NCBI GenBank assembly: GCA_037305845.1 | Contig: CP147778.1 | Location: 2,848,001-2,912,000, forward strand | DNA length: 64,000 nt | Reading direction: 5' to 3' | Source: Candidatus Freyarchaeum deiterrae | Lineage (GTDB): Archaea; Asgardarchaeota; Jordiarchaeia; Jordiarchaeales; Jordiarchaeaceae | In this document: positions 30,205 through 40,204 of the stretch, one piece after another | Numbering within the stretch: position 1 is the stretch's first letter | How the letters are laid out: each line of letters starts with the position of its first letter | The notes under the pieces: model-generated | The model's input: the letters and a program-made list of their open reading frames with translations, nothing else | Told to the model about the DNA's origin: nothing | Database searches by the model: none | Translations under genes and position numbers: made by a program

Positions 30205-31014
30205 ATGAAAACTATAGAGACTAAGGATGAAGATGTTACGATAAAATGTTCCGACGGCGCGGACATGCGCGCTTTTGTTTCGAGACCCAAGAAAACTGGA
30301 CAGTATCCAGGCATCATCGTTATCCACGAAATCTGGGGCCTTAATGACCAGATCAGGGGAGTCGCGCGACGCTACGCGCAACAGGGTTATGTTGCTTTAG
30401 CCCCCCACCTGTTCAGCAGATACGGCGAAACCCTTTCCGAGAAGAACATACAAAGCGCCATGAAGCCTATCTTTACCATACCCCGAGAGAAGCGAAGTGA
30501 TCCCACAACACTTCAAAGCATCATGGGAAGCATGTCTGATTCAGATAAAAAAGTGGTACAGATTCTGTTTGCGGGAAGACAGACGCTTGAGCCTAAACTG
30601 GTGGAGGATATAGGCAGCTGCCACAAATACCTTTCCAGTTCGAGTTTCGTGAAGCACGATAGGCTAGGCATTACCGGTTTTTGCATGGGAGGCGGCCTCG
30701 CCTTCCAAGTTTCCACAATGCTTCCATTCAGCGCGTCAGTCATCTTCTATGGTGCGAATCCGAAACCCATTGAATCGGTCTCAAAAATCAGCGGACCAGT
30801 ACTCGAGTTTTACGCCGGGGAGGACGAAATGCTCGCCGCGGGGATTCCAGCCATCACTGAGGCTATGGTAAAGTACAAGAAGACGTTTGCAATGAAACTC
30901 TACAAGGGAGTTCAGCACGCTTTCTTCAATGAGACGAGCTCAGTCTATAACAAAGAAGCAGCCGAAGATGCGTGGCAGATGGCTATCGCGTTCTTTAACA
31001 GGTACCTCCTGTAA
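30205..31014 (+). CDS. Dienelactone hydrolase family protein
   Basis: IHEIWGL, GFCMGG nucleophile motif, HAFFN. Confidence 0.92.
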   Translation: MKTIETKDEDVTIKCSDGADMRAFVSRPKKTGQYPGIIVIHEIWGLNDQIRGVARRYAQQGYVALAPHLFSRYGETLSEKNIQSAMKPIFTIPREKRSDPTTLQSIMGSMSDSDKKVVQILFAGRQTLEPKLVEDIGSCHKYLSSSSFVKHDRLGITGFCMGGGLAFQVSTMLPFSASVIFYGANPKPIESVSKISGPVLEFYAGEDEMLAAGIPAITEAMVKYKKTFAMKLYKGVQHAFFNETSSVYNKEAAEDAWQMAIAFFNRYLL

Positions 31015-31247
31015 TTCCGAGGAATTAAACCAAGCACAATGCTGGAGTGAAAGGTCAATGCCCAAAAATGTTAAGGAAGTTGAAATTAACACTGAAGACA
31101 TGGGTCTAATTTGGTCCTGTTTCGTCAATTGGGTCAACACGCTCGAGAAAACAAGGATTTCTTCTCACAAGCCTGCAAATCGCGAAAAATAGACTGAAAA
31201 TAAACTAAATGCCCAGAATTTAGGCTTTATTCACTTTTTCTGACTAG

Positions 31248-32420
31248 TTAAAGACGATGAATTTTTCCACCTTTAATTAAATATTTATCATTCATTAAAC
31301 CAAGATTTTGGCCAATTCTTTTACCTAGAAGTTCCATTGCGCGATTTGTGACTTCAACGATTCTATGTGGTGGTTGTTCCCCGATTGCCATCTGAGCTAG
31401 TTCAGTCATATAGTATGCTTCGATGTTTTTTTCTGCGGCATTCTTCGATAGTGCGAAGACACAGCCTGTGCAGATGAAGGCCATTGCGTCTGCTCCCGCT
31501 TCTTCAGCTTCAGATACTCTTTTGTTTGCTATTCTTTCCGCTGCTTCTCTATTTTTGAACGAAACGGGAGCGCCGCAGCAAAGAGATTTTTTCCGGTTGT
31601 GTTTCATCTCCACTACTTCCGCTCCCATAATCTCGAGAAGCTCCCTTGGGCTCTCATAAATTTTCCTGTCCAAACTTCTCCAGGGACAGGGATCATGGAA
31701 AGTTATTCTTTGGTCGATTTTGTTTGTGAATTCTAGTTCGCCTTTGTGATATTTTTCGATGAGGTATTCGATAATGCTTTGGCTTTCGATATTGTACTCT
31801 TCGATTATTTTTGGGTAAACGTCTCTAATCATTAGGTCACAGCCCGGACAGAATGAGACGAGCTTTTCCACACCTAGTTCATTAAATTCCTTCAGCAATT
31901 TCTCCCCCTTTATTTTTGCTTCCCCCTCGCCAAAAAGACTGTTCACGTATCCTCCGCAGCAGTATTTCATTCCACCCACTAAGGGTAAACTCTCCAATAA
32001 TTTCGTTTTGACCAAGTCCGTATAAGTATATGATAGGCTGCAGCCGATGTAAAACATGCTTTTATTTTTTGGTGGATTCATGTATTTTTTTAGGTTCTCC
32101 TCTTTTTCCTCGGTTTCCAATTCTAATCCAACGGACATTAAATTCACTGGTACGTCCTCAGACATTAATAACAGGCTTCTTACTCCCTCTTTGCGGTTTT
32201 TTATCAATTTTATTTCTTTTACAAGCTCGGCCGGGTTCGAACGTGTCGGGCAAATAACGTTGCAATACAAGCAGCCGCCACAATTCTTAATTATTTGCTC
32301 AGAAGTTTTCGTTTCAATCATTCTGGAAATTTCTTCCTTAGCCTCCTCTATTGGCAGTTGCAAAAATGGACACTGCGAGAGACAAATGCCACACCGATTA
32401 CAAGATTCAGCATCAAACAT
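31248..32420 (-). CDS. Fe-S oxidoreductase with ferredoxin-like and CCG domains (HdrD/GlpC-like)
   Basis: CNRCGICLSQCP, CGGCLYCNVICP, CCGG, FHDPC, CCGA; start set at MFDAESC. Confidence 0.88.
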   Translation of the reverse strand: MFDAESCNRCGICLSQCPFLQLPIEEAKEEISRMIETKTSEQIIKNCGGCLYCNVICPTRSNPAELVKEIKLIKNRKEGVRSLLLMSEDVPVNLMSVGLELETEEKEENLKKYMNPPKNKSMFYIGCSLSYTYTDLVKTKLLESLPLVGGMKYCCGGYVNSLFGEGEAKIKGEKLLKEFNELGVEKLVSFCPGCDLMIRDVYPKIIEEYNIESQSIIEYLIEKYHKGELEFTNKIDQRITFHDPCPWRSLDRKIYESPRELLEIMGAEVVEMKHNRKKSLCCGAPVSFKNREAAERIANKRVSEAEEAGADAMAFICTGCVFALSKNAAEKNIEAYYMTELAQMAIGEQPPHRIVEVTNRAMELLGKRIGQNLGLMNDKYLIKGGKIHRL

Positions 32421-32755
32421 TTTTGTTTCCCTCCAAATTCTCCCAAAATCTTTGAAAACGCCTCGTTTACTTTTTCGGCTAAACAATCTTTAATGATAAT
32501 ATCATCTTAAAAAACTTGTCCTCCTTGTAAATATAATTTTTTTAATAAAATTGGAGCGTTGCAGAATGATTTTTAGTTATATTTCGTCTCCCTTACTTTA
32601 GTTCCAATAAATGTCGGCGAGTCCCTTTAGCTAAGAAAATTTTTTTCTAGACTTATTTAGGCATAGAAATGCTTTTATTTTGATGCAATCCACTCTAATA
32701 TGTTTTCCCTGCCTCACGCCTAGGCATCCCTAAAATCTTTGTGAAGTGATTTTAG

Positions 32756-33220
32756 ATGGAAGATAAACATGTTTACGCGTTCTCCGGCACTATTTTTAAA
32801 AATGTGATCGCTCGCCTCGAAGAAACCATGGGCGCTGACACGATTAGAGCAGTTTTTCGCCTCGTTGGTACGAACCTGGGAAAGAATGCCTTAGAAAGAA
32901 TAAAGGATAACAAAAATATTTCCAAGTGCACTCTCGGAGAATTCGCAAAAATTTTCGTAGATGAAGTTATAGCCCCGGTCACAGGAAGCGATGGTGTAAC
33001 TCTAAAGAATTCCTCCCCCAACGAGGTAGAAATAGATATACTTGTTTGCCCCTTCCAGAAATTGGGTTTTGATGTATCAAACAAGTTCTGCTGTACATAC
33101 ACTGAAGGACTAATAGGAAGATTTTTCGAAGAAAAGCTCGGAAAGGATTCCCAACTAAGAATAAAATCTTTAAAAAGCAATGGGGACAACAAGTGCTCAT
33201 TCCAAATATCCAAACTATAA
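32756..33220 (+). CDS. V4R / methanogen-output-domain-like protein
   Basis: RLVGTNLG...ILVCPF...CCTYTEGLIG...GDNKCSFQI. Confidence 0.7.
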   Translation: MEDKHVYAFSGTIFKNVIARLEETMGADTIRAVFRLVGTNLGKNALERIKDNKNISKCTLGEFAKIFVDEVIAPVTGSDGVTLKNSSPNEVEIDILVCPFQKLGFDVSNKFCCTYTEGLIGRFFEEKLGKDSQLRIKSLKSNGDNKCSFQISKL

Positions 33221-33485
33221 TCCCACTTTTTTTTAAAATACAGATATGCGAAAAAGAAAGAGTAGAAACACATGGAATTCACAAATCTGATAAGTTATAC
33301 TTGTAATACTATTTAACCCATTAGATACTACTATCTACCCTTGGTGACTATCAAGCATCTAAAAATCACATAGAAAAGCGGAGAGACGATTGGTAATTCG
33401 ATTATAGCATCCAATTTATATGTTAATTTTTTATAAGGGTGATGTCGACAATTAATTGTATTGTTGAGAAAAGGAAGGGAAATCG

Positions 33486-34187
33486 TTGGCGGCTGATCAT
33501 AAATTCCATGTATTGGTTTCGGATTTAGATGGGACTCTCACCTCCCTCGATAGCAGGTTGTATCTTCCCGCCGTTGAAGTAATAAGGAAACTGGAGAATC
33601 AGGGCATTCATGTGATTCTCTGTTCGGGCAACATAACATGCTCCCTGTTAACTCTGGAATTTTATTTCGGAATAAGCGGGCCAATAATCGCAGAGAACGG
33701 AGGAGTGGTTATGAAACGCGGATGGGAAAAGCCCATTATACTAGGTTCAAAGGAACACCCCCTCAAAGCGTTGAGCATGCTTAAAGAAACTTTCGGAGAT
33801 AAAATAGAGGAGACGGGAGACCAATTCTACCGGTTCACAGACGTCGCCATTAGAAGAACAATTGACCTAGAGACCATAACAAAAACTTTAGAAAATAAAA
33901 GAGAAAAAATTAAGGTTTTAGATTCCGGCTATGCGATTCATCTATGCGATGCTCAGGTTAGTAAAGCTATAGGTGTGAGGAAAGCGGTTGAAACACTCGG
34001 TTACCAGTCGAAGGACGCACTCGGGATAGGTGATGGACAAAACGACATAGAACTACTTCAGGAAGTAGGATACGGGATAGCTCTAAACCACGCTCCAAAA
34101 GTTCTCAAAGATGCAGCAGACTACGTAACTAAGAATTCATACGGCGAAGGGTTTGTAGAAGCAATGGAGACCTTTTTTGATATATAA
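33486..34187 (+). CDS. Phosphoglycolate phosphatase (archaeal TA0175-type HAD)
   Basis: DLDGTLT, CSGN, IAENGG, SKA, GDGQND. Confidence 0.9.
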   Translation: MAADHKFHVLVSDLDGTLTSLDSRLYLPAVEVIRKLENQGIHVILCSGNITCSLLTLEFYFGISGPIIAENGGVVMKRGWEKPIILGSKEHPLKALSMLKETFGDKIEETGDQFYRFTDVAIRRTIDLETITKTLENKREKIKVLDSGYAIHLCDAQVSKAIGVRKAVETLGYQSKDALGIGDGQNDIELLQEVGYGIALNHAPKVLKDAADYVTKNSYGEGFVEAMETFFDI

Positions 34188-34323
34188 GAATAAAAATTAT
34201 CTTATGAAATAATATCATGTTTATGTTAACAGAAAAGCTATGACTCCATAAAAACCACAAAAATCAAAATAGGAGCAATTTTCCTCTGAACCTGAACAAT
34301 CGGAATCGTAGAAAGTTTTAAAC

Positions 34324-34827
34324 TCAGTAGGGAAACCAATCACTAGCACCTTCAAGTTTCTTGCTGAAAGCAGGCCATAACATCAGCGCGGCGTATATTA
34401 CGCTGAATGATGTGAATCCAAGAACCACAATTTCCATAGGTGTTGAGGAATAAGCTGGTCCTGGGTTTAGGGCGAATCCAAGCATCTCTGGGATTAAAAG
34501 AATTGGTAAGAGCCAACCGAGTATTCTTATCGGTCCTTTTTTTGCCAAGAGGAGTGCCCCAACAAAAACTATTGCAATACCAGAAATCAAAGATAAGTAA
34601 CAGAATGCAAACGAAATCGTCTGTAAGATACCAAAACCTACGTTACTTAGAAAAATGATTAGATCAACTCCCCGGAAACCACTGTATACCAAGAAGAGAA
34701 AGTTGGAAAGGTAATCAGCGCCATTTGTAAACAGAAGGTAGTAGTGAACTACCAACGCAAATGTCGATATACCACCAGCCACGGACGCTGTAAAACCAGC
34801 ATTTTTAACCCAATCCACTTTTCTCAT
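34324..34827 (-). CDS. Membrane hypothetical protein
   Basis: About 4 TM helices; AGGAG RBS. Confidence 0.65.
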   Translation of the reverse strand: MRKVDWVKNAGFTASVAGGISTFALVVHYYLLFTNGADYLSNFLFLVYSGFRGVDLIIFLSNVGFGILQTISFAFCYLSLISGIAIVFVGALLLAKKGPIRILGWLLPILLIPEMLGFALNPGPAYSSTPMEIVVLGFTSFSVIYAALMLWPAFSKKLEGASDWFPY

Positions 34828-34858
34828 ACTGGAATAATCTCCTTCATGATAAACAGTT

Positions 34859-35644
34859 TTATTTCTTTTTTTTGCTTATTGGGCAACTGGTCATGCAGTC
34901 AAAACAGTTGTAGATCATTCCCGTTGTCAATACTTGCAGTATCTTCCAAGCCTCGGGGCTTCTTGCAAATTCTTGAATTTCTTTCCAGCCTGCATTCCTT
35001 TTCGCGAGTTCATTTACAGCAGCTACGAATCCTGGAATGAAGTACTTTAGGATGTTTGGTGCACATTTAAACACGTTCACTTCTCCTTGCGTGGAAATAG
35101 CTCCAACGGGGCAGGCTTTAACACAGGCTGCACACTTTTCTCTCTTGCACATCTTTTCCTTAAAAGGGTCGTCTGGTGTGAGATCCGCGTTAGTTATGAG
35201 GGCTCCTAATCTGACTCTTGGACCGTATTCGGGCGTTATCACGAGTCTGTTCAATCCTATTTCTCCCAAGCCCGCACACTGAGCCGCGTGTCTGAGAGAG
35301 ACTTCTCCCTTTAACCCCGAAGTTTCCCTGCTCATTTCAACTGGAAGGAAGGCTGGTATGGAGACCGCTTTAAGCCCCTTTCTAGTTAATAATTTTGCTA
35401 AGCCGTAAAGAATCCTATCAATCTCGTGATAAAGTTGATTAACGTTGTACTGCATTATCTGAAGATTTTCGGAATCTAAAACTGGTCCAAAGTGCTCCAG
35501 CGCAATTACCACCAGCGCTTTTGCATCAGGCATTATCTCGAAAAGGTTCCCTCTACCTTCAACCATCCTATCCGCTGAGCAAATTCCAACAAGATCAGCA
35601 CCCGTTTCGAGTGCAAAATTCTTAACTTCATCTGTAAGAGCCAT
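34859..35644 (-). CDS. Epoxyqueuosine reductase / reductive-dehalogenase-like 4Fe-4S protein
   Basis: GADLVGI, RHAAQCAGLGEIG, PEYGPRVRL, CxxxxCxxCxxxCP, CFDCMTSCP. Confidence 0.85.
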   Translation of the reverse strand: MALTDEVKNFALETGADLVGICSADRMVEGRGNLFEIMPDAKALVVIALEHFGPVLDSENLQIMQYNVNQLYHEIDRILYGLAKLLTRKGLKAVSIPAFLPVEMSRETSGLKGEVSLRHAAQCAGLGEIGLNRLVITPEYGPRVRLGALITNADLTPDDPFKEKMCKREKCAACVKACPVGAISTQGEVNVFKCAPNILKYFIPGFVAAVNELAKRNAGWKEIQEFARSPEAWKILQVLTTGMIYNCFDCMTSCPISKKKK

Positions 35645-35855
35645 ATCAAGTCACCATTCTCTGAATAAGTAGATACTCATTTACCTTTTAAAAACAGTTA
35701 GCTAATAGAATTCCGTGAGTATGGATAAAATTAACAAAAGTTATAGTATAAAATTAAAAAAGGTTTTTAAACCTAAAAAAGGTGGCCGCATAAAAATCCC
35801 CAATAAATAGAAAGTAGTTTATTTTTGTTAAAAAAAAAGAAAAAAATTGAAGAGT

Positions 35856-36452
35856 TTAAAGTATGCCCCGGTTTTCGACTTTACGTCTCCAGAATATCCC
35901 CCATCCCCAGAGAACGAGTGATGCAGCTAGTGATCCGATGCCAATGAAGCTTCCTAAGAATACAGAAAGATCTTGAAATGGCGTTTTGAAACTAGACTCA
36001 ATAGTTAACGCTAGGGGATTTGCTACTATGAAATAATAAGCTAACGACCCGTAGATTATAGCTGCGACTCCTATAACCACTCCAACGATAGAAACTATTA
36101 TGAACCGTGTAGCGTACCATTCGATTCTGTTGTAGACTTGGTCTGCTATTTTATTAGGCTTACTTTTCAATCTTTTTCCTTCACTGCGCAGCCAGTATAA
36201 ACCCCAAAGCGTTAGGAAACCTCCAATGGCAATCGAAGCTAAACCAACGAATAACGCTATAAATATCGCAATACCTGATGCCAAGGGTACAGTAGTACTA
36301 TAAATAATGGAAGTACCGTAGACCAAGTAGGTAATAACTGCATAGACCAAGCTTATGGCTCCGATAGCTACTAGAATAACACTAGCAATAATGTACTTAG
36401 ACGCTATTGATATGATTGAGGCACTAGCCCCCAAATCTATTTCTTTAGCCAT
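35856..36452 (-). CDS. 4-TM membrane protein with internal duplication
   Basis: Start set at MAKEIDL after GGTGGAGG RBS; two similar halves ending LWGLYWLR and WGWGIFWRR. Confidence 0.7.
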   Translation of the reverse strand: MAKEIDLGASASIISIASKYIIASVILVAIGAISLVYAVITYLVYGTSIIYSTTVPLASGIAIFIALFVGLASIAIGGFLTLWGLYWLRSEGKRLKSKPNKIADQVYNRIEWYATRFIIVSIVGVVIGVAAIIYGSLAYYFIVANPLALTIESSFKTPFQDLSVFLGSFIGIGSLAASLVLWGWGIFWRRKVENRGIL

Positions 36453-36669
36453 TATTAACCCTCCACCTGAAAGGCTTATTGTTGTATAAGTTAAGCGGCT
36501 TTTACATTTAAATAACTTGGGAATTAGGCAATTATGAAACCAGAGATTTTTAATCATACTTTCCTTTCTAATGATTTCTTGGAGAATTGAATAAAACACC
36601 TCAATCAAATCTTCTAGGGTAAGCAGGAAAAAATCGATGATTGAAAATTAGTTACGCAGCAGAAATTTT

Positions 36670-36897
36670 CTACTCATAAGCGAACTCCTCTGCGTAAATT
36701 ATGTACGTTGGTCTACCCCATTGTTTAAAGTCTTTTTTAATTATTTTTCCCTGCAGGATTACTTCGTCACCTTTACTGAAATTACCTTGCTTGTTAGAGC
36801 GAACCAGGATTTCTTTTGGAATTCCTTTAATTCCAATATTTTCTTCTAATTTTATGGCGAAATAAACACCATATAAATCTCCGTTGAAGAGAACTCT
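36670..36897 (-). pseudogene. Orphan truncated OB-like module, remnant of a further array paralog
   Basis: In frame behind the TAA of 36898..38427: RVLFNGDLYGVYFAIKLEENIGIKGIPKEILVRSNKQGNFSKGDEVILQGKIIKKDFKQWGRPTYIIYAEEFAYE*. Confidence 0.85.
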
Positions 36898-38427
36898 TTA
36901 ACTGCCAATTTGAAGTGACTCGTTATAGCAATGGTCTGCAAGAATTAGATACATTGGTTTTTTCCAATATCCTAGATTTGCTTTAATTATTTTTCCCTGT
37001 AGAATTACTTTATCGCCTTTCCTGAAATAACCTGCTCTTTCGGAGCAAACTAGAATTTGATGGGGAATTCCTTCAATGCCAATATTTCCTTCTAATCTCA
37101 TAGGAAAATAAGCTTCAACAAAACTTCCATTTCCTCTAGCTCTTGTCCTTGAGTCTCCCGTTACTGAACCTCGAATCATACCCCTGTATAATACTCGTCT
37201 CCTATCCGCTAACCCCATCTGGCTAAACTGAAGTGACTCGTTATAGCAATGGTCTGCAAGAATTAGATACATCGGTCTGTTCCAGGGTCTAGTTTCTGTT
37301 TCAAATATTTCCCCTGTCAAAATTACCCCATCACCTGTTGCAAAATAACCAAAGTCAAGAGTATCAACTAAAATTTTATCAGGAACTTCTTCAAAACCCT
37401 CTTCTAATTTCATGGTAAAATAAGTTCTCAGAAAACGCCCCTCACTACCACCAGCGCTCATTATCGATTCTTCGGTTACTGAGCCTCGAATCAGGCCTCC
37501 ATGTAATACTCGCATTCTCCTGAAATCTTTAGCCTCGCCAATCTGGAGTGATTCGTTATAGAACTGGTCTGCCTCAATTATATACATCGGTCTGTTCCAA
37601 CGTCTAAGATTCATTTCAAGTATTCGTCCTTGTAAAATTACTTTGTCACCTTTCCCGAAATAACCGTGCTTTTTACAGTGAACCAGAATTTCACTAGGAA
37701 CTCCTCCAATTCCAATATTTTCTTCCAATCTTATAACAAAATAATTTCCGTAAAACTCATTTCCTAAAAGCCCTGCTCTTGATTCTTTCGTTACTGAGCC
37801 TCGAATCATGCCTTTGAATACTAGTTTTCCTGTTGTTAGCCCTCCATCTCCGATCTGGAGTGATTCGTTATAGTAATGGTCTGCAACAATGTCAAACATC
37901 GGTCTACTCCATCGACTAAGATTTGTTTTGAATAGTTTCCCCTGTAAAACTACTTCGTCACCTTTGTCGAAGTAACCGAACTTGGAAGTGAGAACCAGAA
38001 TTTCTTCGGGAACGCCTTCAAAACCTTCTTCTTGTCTCATAGCAAAACAAACTTCAGAAAAATCATAAAGTGGAGAAGAAGAGTTAGTAGAAGGAGGGTT
38101 TAAAAAGTTTATAGGCGGGTATGTTGCTACAAACACTGAAGTGTGAATCAGCATTGATCCTTTCGTTACCAAACCTCTAATTGTACCTTCATACAGTACT
38201 GGTGTACTCGCTCCGCTCACGGCCGGCGGGCTGGGAGTAGGTATTATTTCGTAAACCGTTGGGTTCTCATCCTCTTTAATAACTGCTTCTTCCGAAGAGA
38301 CGTCTTCATCGTAAACGTAGTTCGGGTCGATAGGCTCGCCGCAGTGTGGACAAAACAGGGCACCATTCGGAACTTGTACGCCGCAGTAAGCGCACCACTT
38401 TGTTTCGGGAACCCTTTTCCTACTCAT
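36898..38427 (-). CDS. Zn-ribbon + 4x OB-fold-like repeat protein (array 1)
   Basis: CAYCG..CPHCGEP; four modules GxIRGxVT...F.M.LEE...EILV...GYF..GD.V.L.G...W.RPM..I.ADH.YNESLQ. Confidence 0.85.
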   Translation of the reverse strand: MSRKRVPETKWCAYCGVQVPNGALFCPHCGEPIDPNYVYDEDVSSEEAVIKEDENPTVYEIIPTPSPPAVSGASTPVLYEGTIRGLVTKGSMLIHTSVFVATYPPINFLNPPSTNSSSPLYDFSEVCFAMRQEEGFEGVPEEILVLTSKFGYFDKGDEVVLQGKLFKTNLSRWSRPMFDIVADHYYNESLQIGDGGLTTGKLVFKGMIRGSVTKESRAGLLGNEFYGNYFVIRLEENIGIGGVPSEILVHCKKHGYFGKGDKVILQGRILEMNLRRWNRPMYIIEADQFYNESLQIGEAKDFRRMRVLHGGLIRGSVTEESIMSAGGSEGRFLRTYFTMKLEEGFEEVPDKILVDTLDFGYFATGDGVILTGEIFETETRPWNRPMYLILADHCYNESLQFSQMGLADRRRVLYRGMIRGSVTGDSRTRARGNGSFVEAYFPMRLEGNIGIEGIPHQILVCSERAGYFRKGDKVILQGKIIKANLGYWKKPMYLILADHCYNESLQIGS

Positions 38428-38555
38428 CTTTTATCCCTCTATTATAAATAGTACCCTCGTTCTGTTAATTATTCTTTTTGATGAATGCAAAAAAACAAAG
38501 AGACTAAAAATTTTCACTATTCAGAAGCAGCAGAATAAATTCAATGAAGGATTCT
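38428..38555 (-). repeat. Conserved cassette spacer (operator/BRE-TATA/RBS)
   Basis: Minus strand TTTTTGCATTCATCAAAAAGAATAATTAACAGAA...AATAGAGGGATAAAAG-ATG. Confidence 0.8.
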
Positions 38556-40076
38556 TTAATTGCCAATTTGAAGCGATTCTTCATAGTAATGCTCTGCAAC
38601 AATTAGATACATCGGTTTTTTCCAATGTTTAAGATTTGTTTCAAGTATTTCCCCTTGCAAAATTACTTTATCTCCTATCCCGAAATAACCTACCTTTTTA
38701 GATTCAACTAGAATTTCGTCAGGAAGTCCTTTGATTCCAATATTCTCTTCTAATTTCATGGCAAAATAAGTTCCAGCAAAATCTCCATTTTCTGAGGTTT
38801 TTGTCTTTGATTCTCTCGTTACTGTACCTCGAATCGTACCTCTGAATACTTGTTTCCCTGACATCAACATTACAACGTCAATCTGAAGCGATTCATTATA
38901 GAAATGTTTTGCACTAATAAGATACATCGGTTTTTTCCAATGTTTAAGATTTGTTTCAAGTATTTCCCCTTCCAAAATTACTTTGTCACCTTTTCCGAAA
39001 TAACCGAAGTGGAAAGTTTGAACTAAAATTTCATCAGGAATTTCTGCAAAATTCTCTTCTAATTTCATGGCAAAATAAGTTCCAGCAAAAGCCGCTCCAT
39101 CAGCTCTTATTACTGATTCCCTTGTTACTGTACCTCGAATCATGCCTCTATGTAAAACTCGTTTACTCCTCATAGATTCAGCCTCGCCAATCTTGAGTGA
39201 TTCGTTGTAGAAATGGTCTGCTTGAACGATATACGACGGTCTTTCCCATTTTTTAAGAACTTTTTCAGTTATTTCTCCTTGTAAAATTACTTTGTCACCT
39301 TTTCCGAAATAACCCTGCTTGTGACAGTGAACCAAAATTTCATCAGGAATTCCTCCAATTCCAATACTTTCTTCCAATCGTATAACAAAATAATTTCCGT
39401 AAAACCTATCATTTCCTAAAAACCCAGTTCTTGATTCTTTCGTTACTGAACCTCTAATCATGCCTTTGAATAATCGTTTTCCTTCCGTCAGACCACCATC
39501 ACCAATTCGGAGTGATTCGTTATAGTAATGGTCCGCAACAATTAGATACATCGGTCCACTCCAATAACTAAGATATGTTTTGAATAGTTTCCCTTGTAAA
39601 ATTACTTCGTCCCCTTTTCCGAAATAACCAAAATTGGAAGAGAGAACAAGAATTTCATCGGGCCCGCCTTCCAAATTCTCTTCTAGTCTCACAACAAAAC
39701 AAACCTCAGAAAAAACTTGGTACAGAGGAGGGGCTACAAAAGTAGAATTTGCAAAGTTTATATTGGGATACGGGCCTATCAACACTGAAGTATGAATTGG
39801 CATTAATCCTTTAGTTACCAAACCTCGAATAGTACCTTCATACAATATCTGTGTGCTAGTTTCGCTTACGGTCGGCGGCCTAGAAATGGGAGTTATTTCG
39901 CCAACCCTCTGATTCTCGCCCTCATTAGTGACTATGTCTTTCACAGTGATTCTTTTATCGTAAGTTTGACTCAGGTTGAAGGGCTCACCGCAACGCGGAC
40001 AGAACGTGGCACCAATTGGAGCTTGGGTGCCGCAGTAAGCGCATTGCTTTACTCCAATAAACTTTTTCCCACTCAT
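38556..40076 (-). CDS. Zn-ribbon + 4x OB-fold-like repeat protein (array 1)
   Basis: CAYCG..CPRCGEP plus four modules. Confidence 0.85.
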   Translation of the reverse strand: MSGKKFIGVKQCAYCGTQAPIGATFCPRCGEPFNLSQTYDKRITVKDIVTNEGENQRVGEITPISRPPTVSETSTQILYEGTIRGLVTKGLMPIHTSVLIGPYPNINFANSTFVAPPLYQVFSEVCFVVRLEENLEGGPDEILVLSSNFGYFGKGDEVILQGKLFKTYLSYWSGPMYLIVADHYYNESLRIGDGGLTEGKRLFKGMIRGSVTKESRTGFLGNDRFYGNYFVIRLEESIGIGGIPDEILVHCHKQGYFGKGDKVILQGEITEKVLKKWERPSYIVQADHFYNESLKIGEAESMRSKRVLHRGMIRGTVTRESVIRADGAAFAGTYFAMKLEENFAEIPDEILVQTFHFGYFGKGDKVILEGEILETNLKHWKKPMYLISAKHFYNESLQIDVVMLMSGKQVFRGTIRGTVTRESKTKTSENGDFAGTYFAMKLEENIGIKGLPDEILVESKKVGYFGIGDKVILQGEILETNLKHWKKPMYLIVAEHYYEESLQIGN

Positions 40077-40204
40077 CTTTCAATCCTCTATTACGAATAG
40101 TAACCTCATTCAGTTAATTATTCTTTTTGAAGGATGCAAAAAACGAAGAAATGAACAATTTTCACCATTCAGAAGTATAATGATAAATTCAATAGAGAAT
40201 TTTT
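40077..40204 (-). repeat. Conserved cassette spacer
   Basis: Minus strand TTTTTGCATCCTTCAAAAAGAATAATTAACTGAA...AATAGAGGATTGAAAG-ATG. Confidence 0.8.

Noticed and set aside
31058-31192. Short ORF MPKNVKEVEINTEDMG... with a GGAGTG RBS
   Set aside because: Only 44 aa with no recognisable motif; possibly a truncated gene, not supportable.
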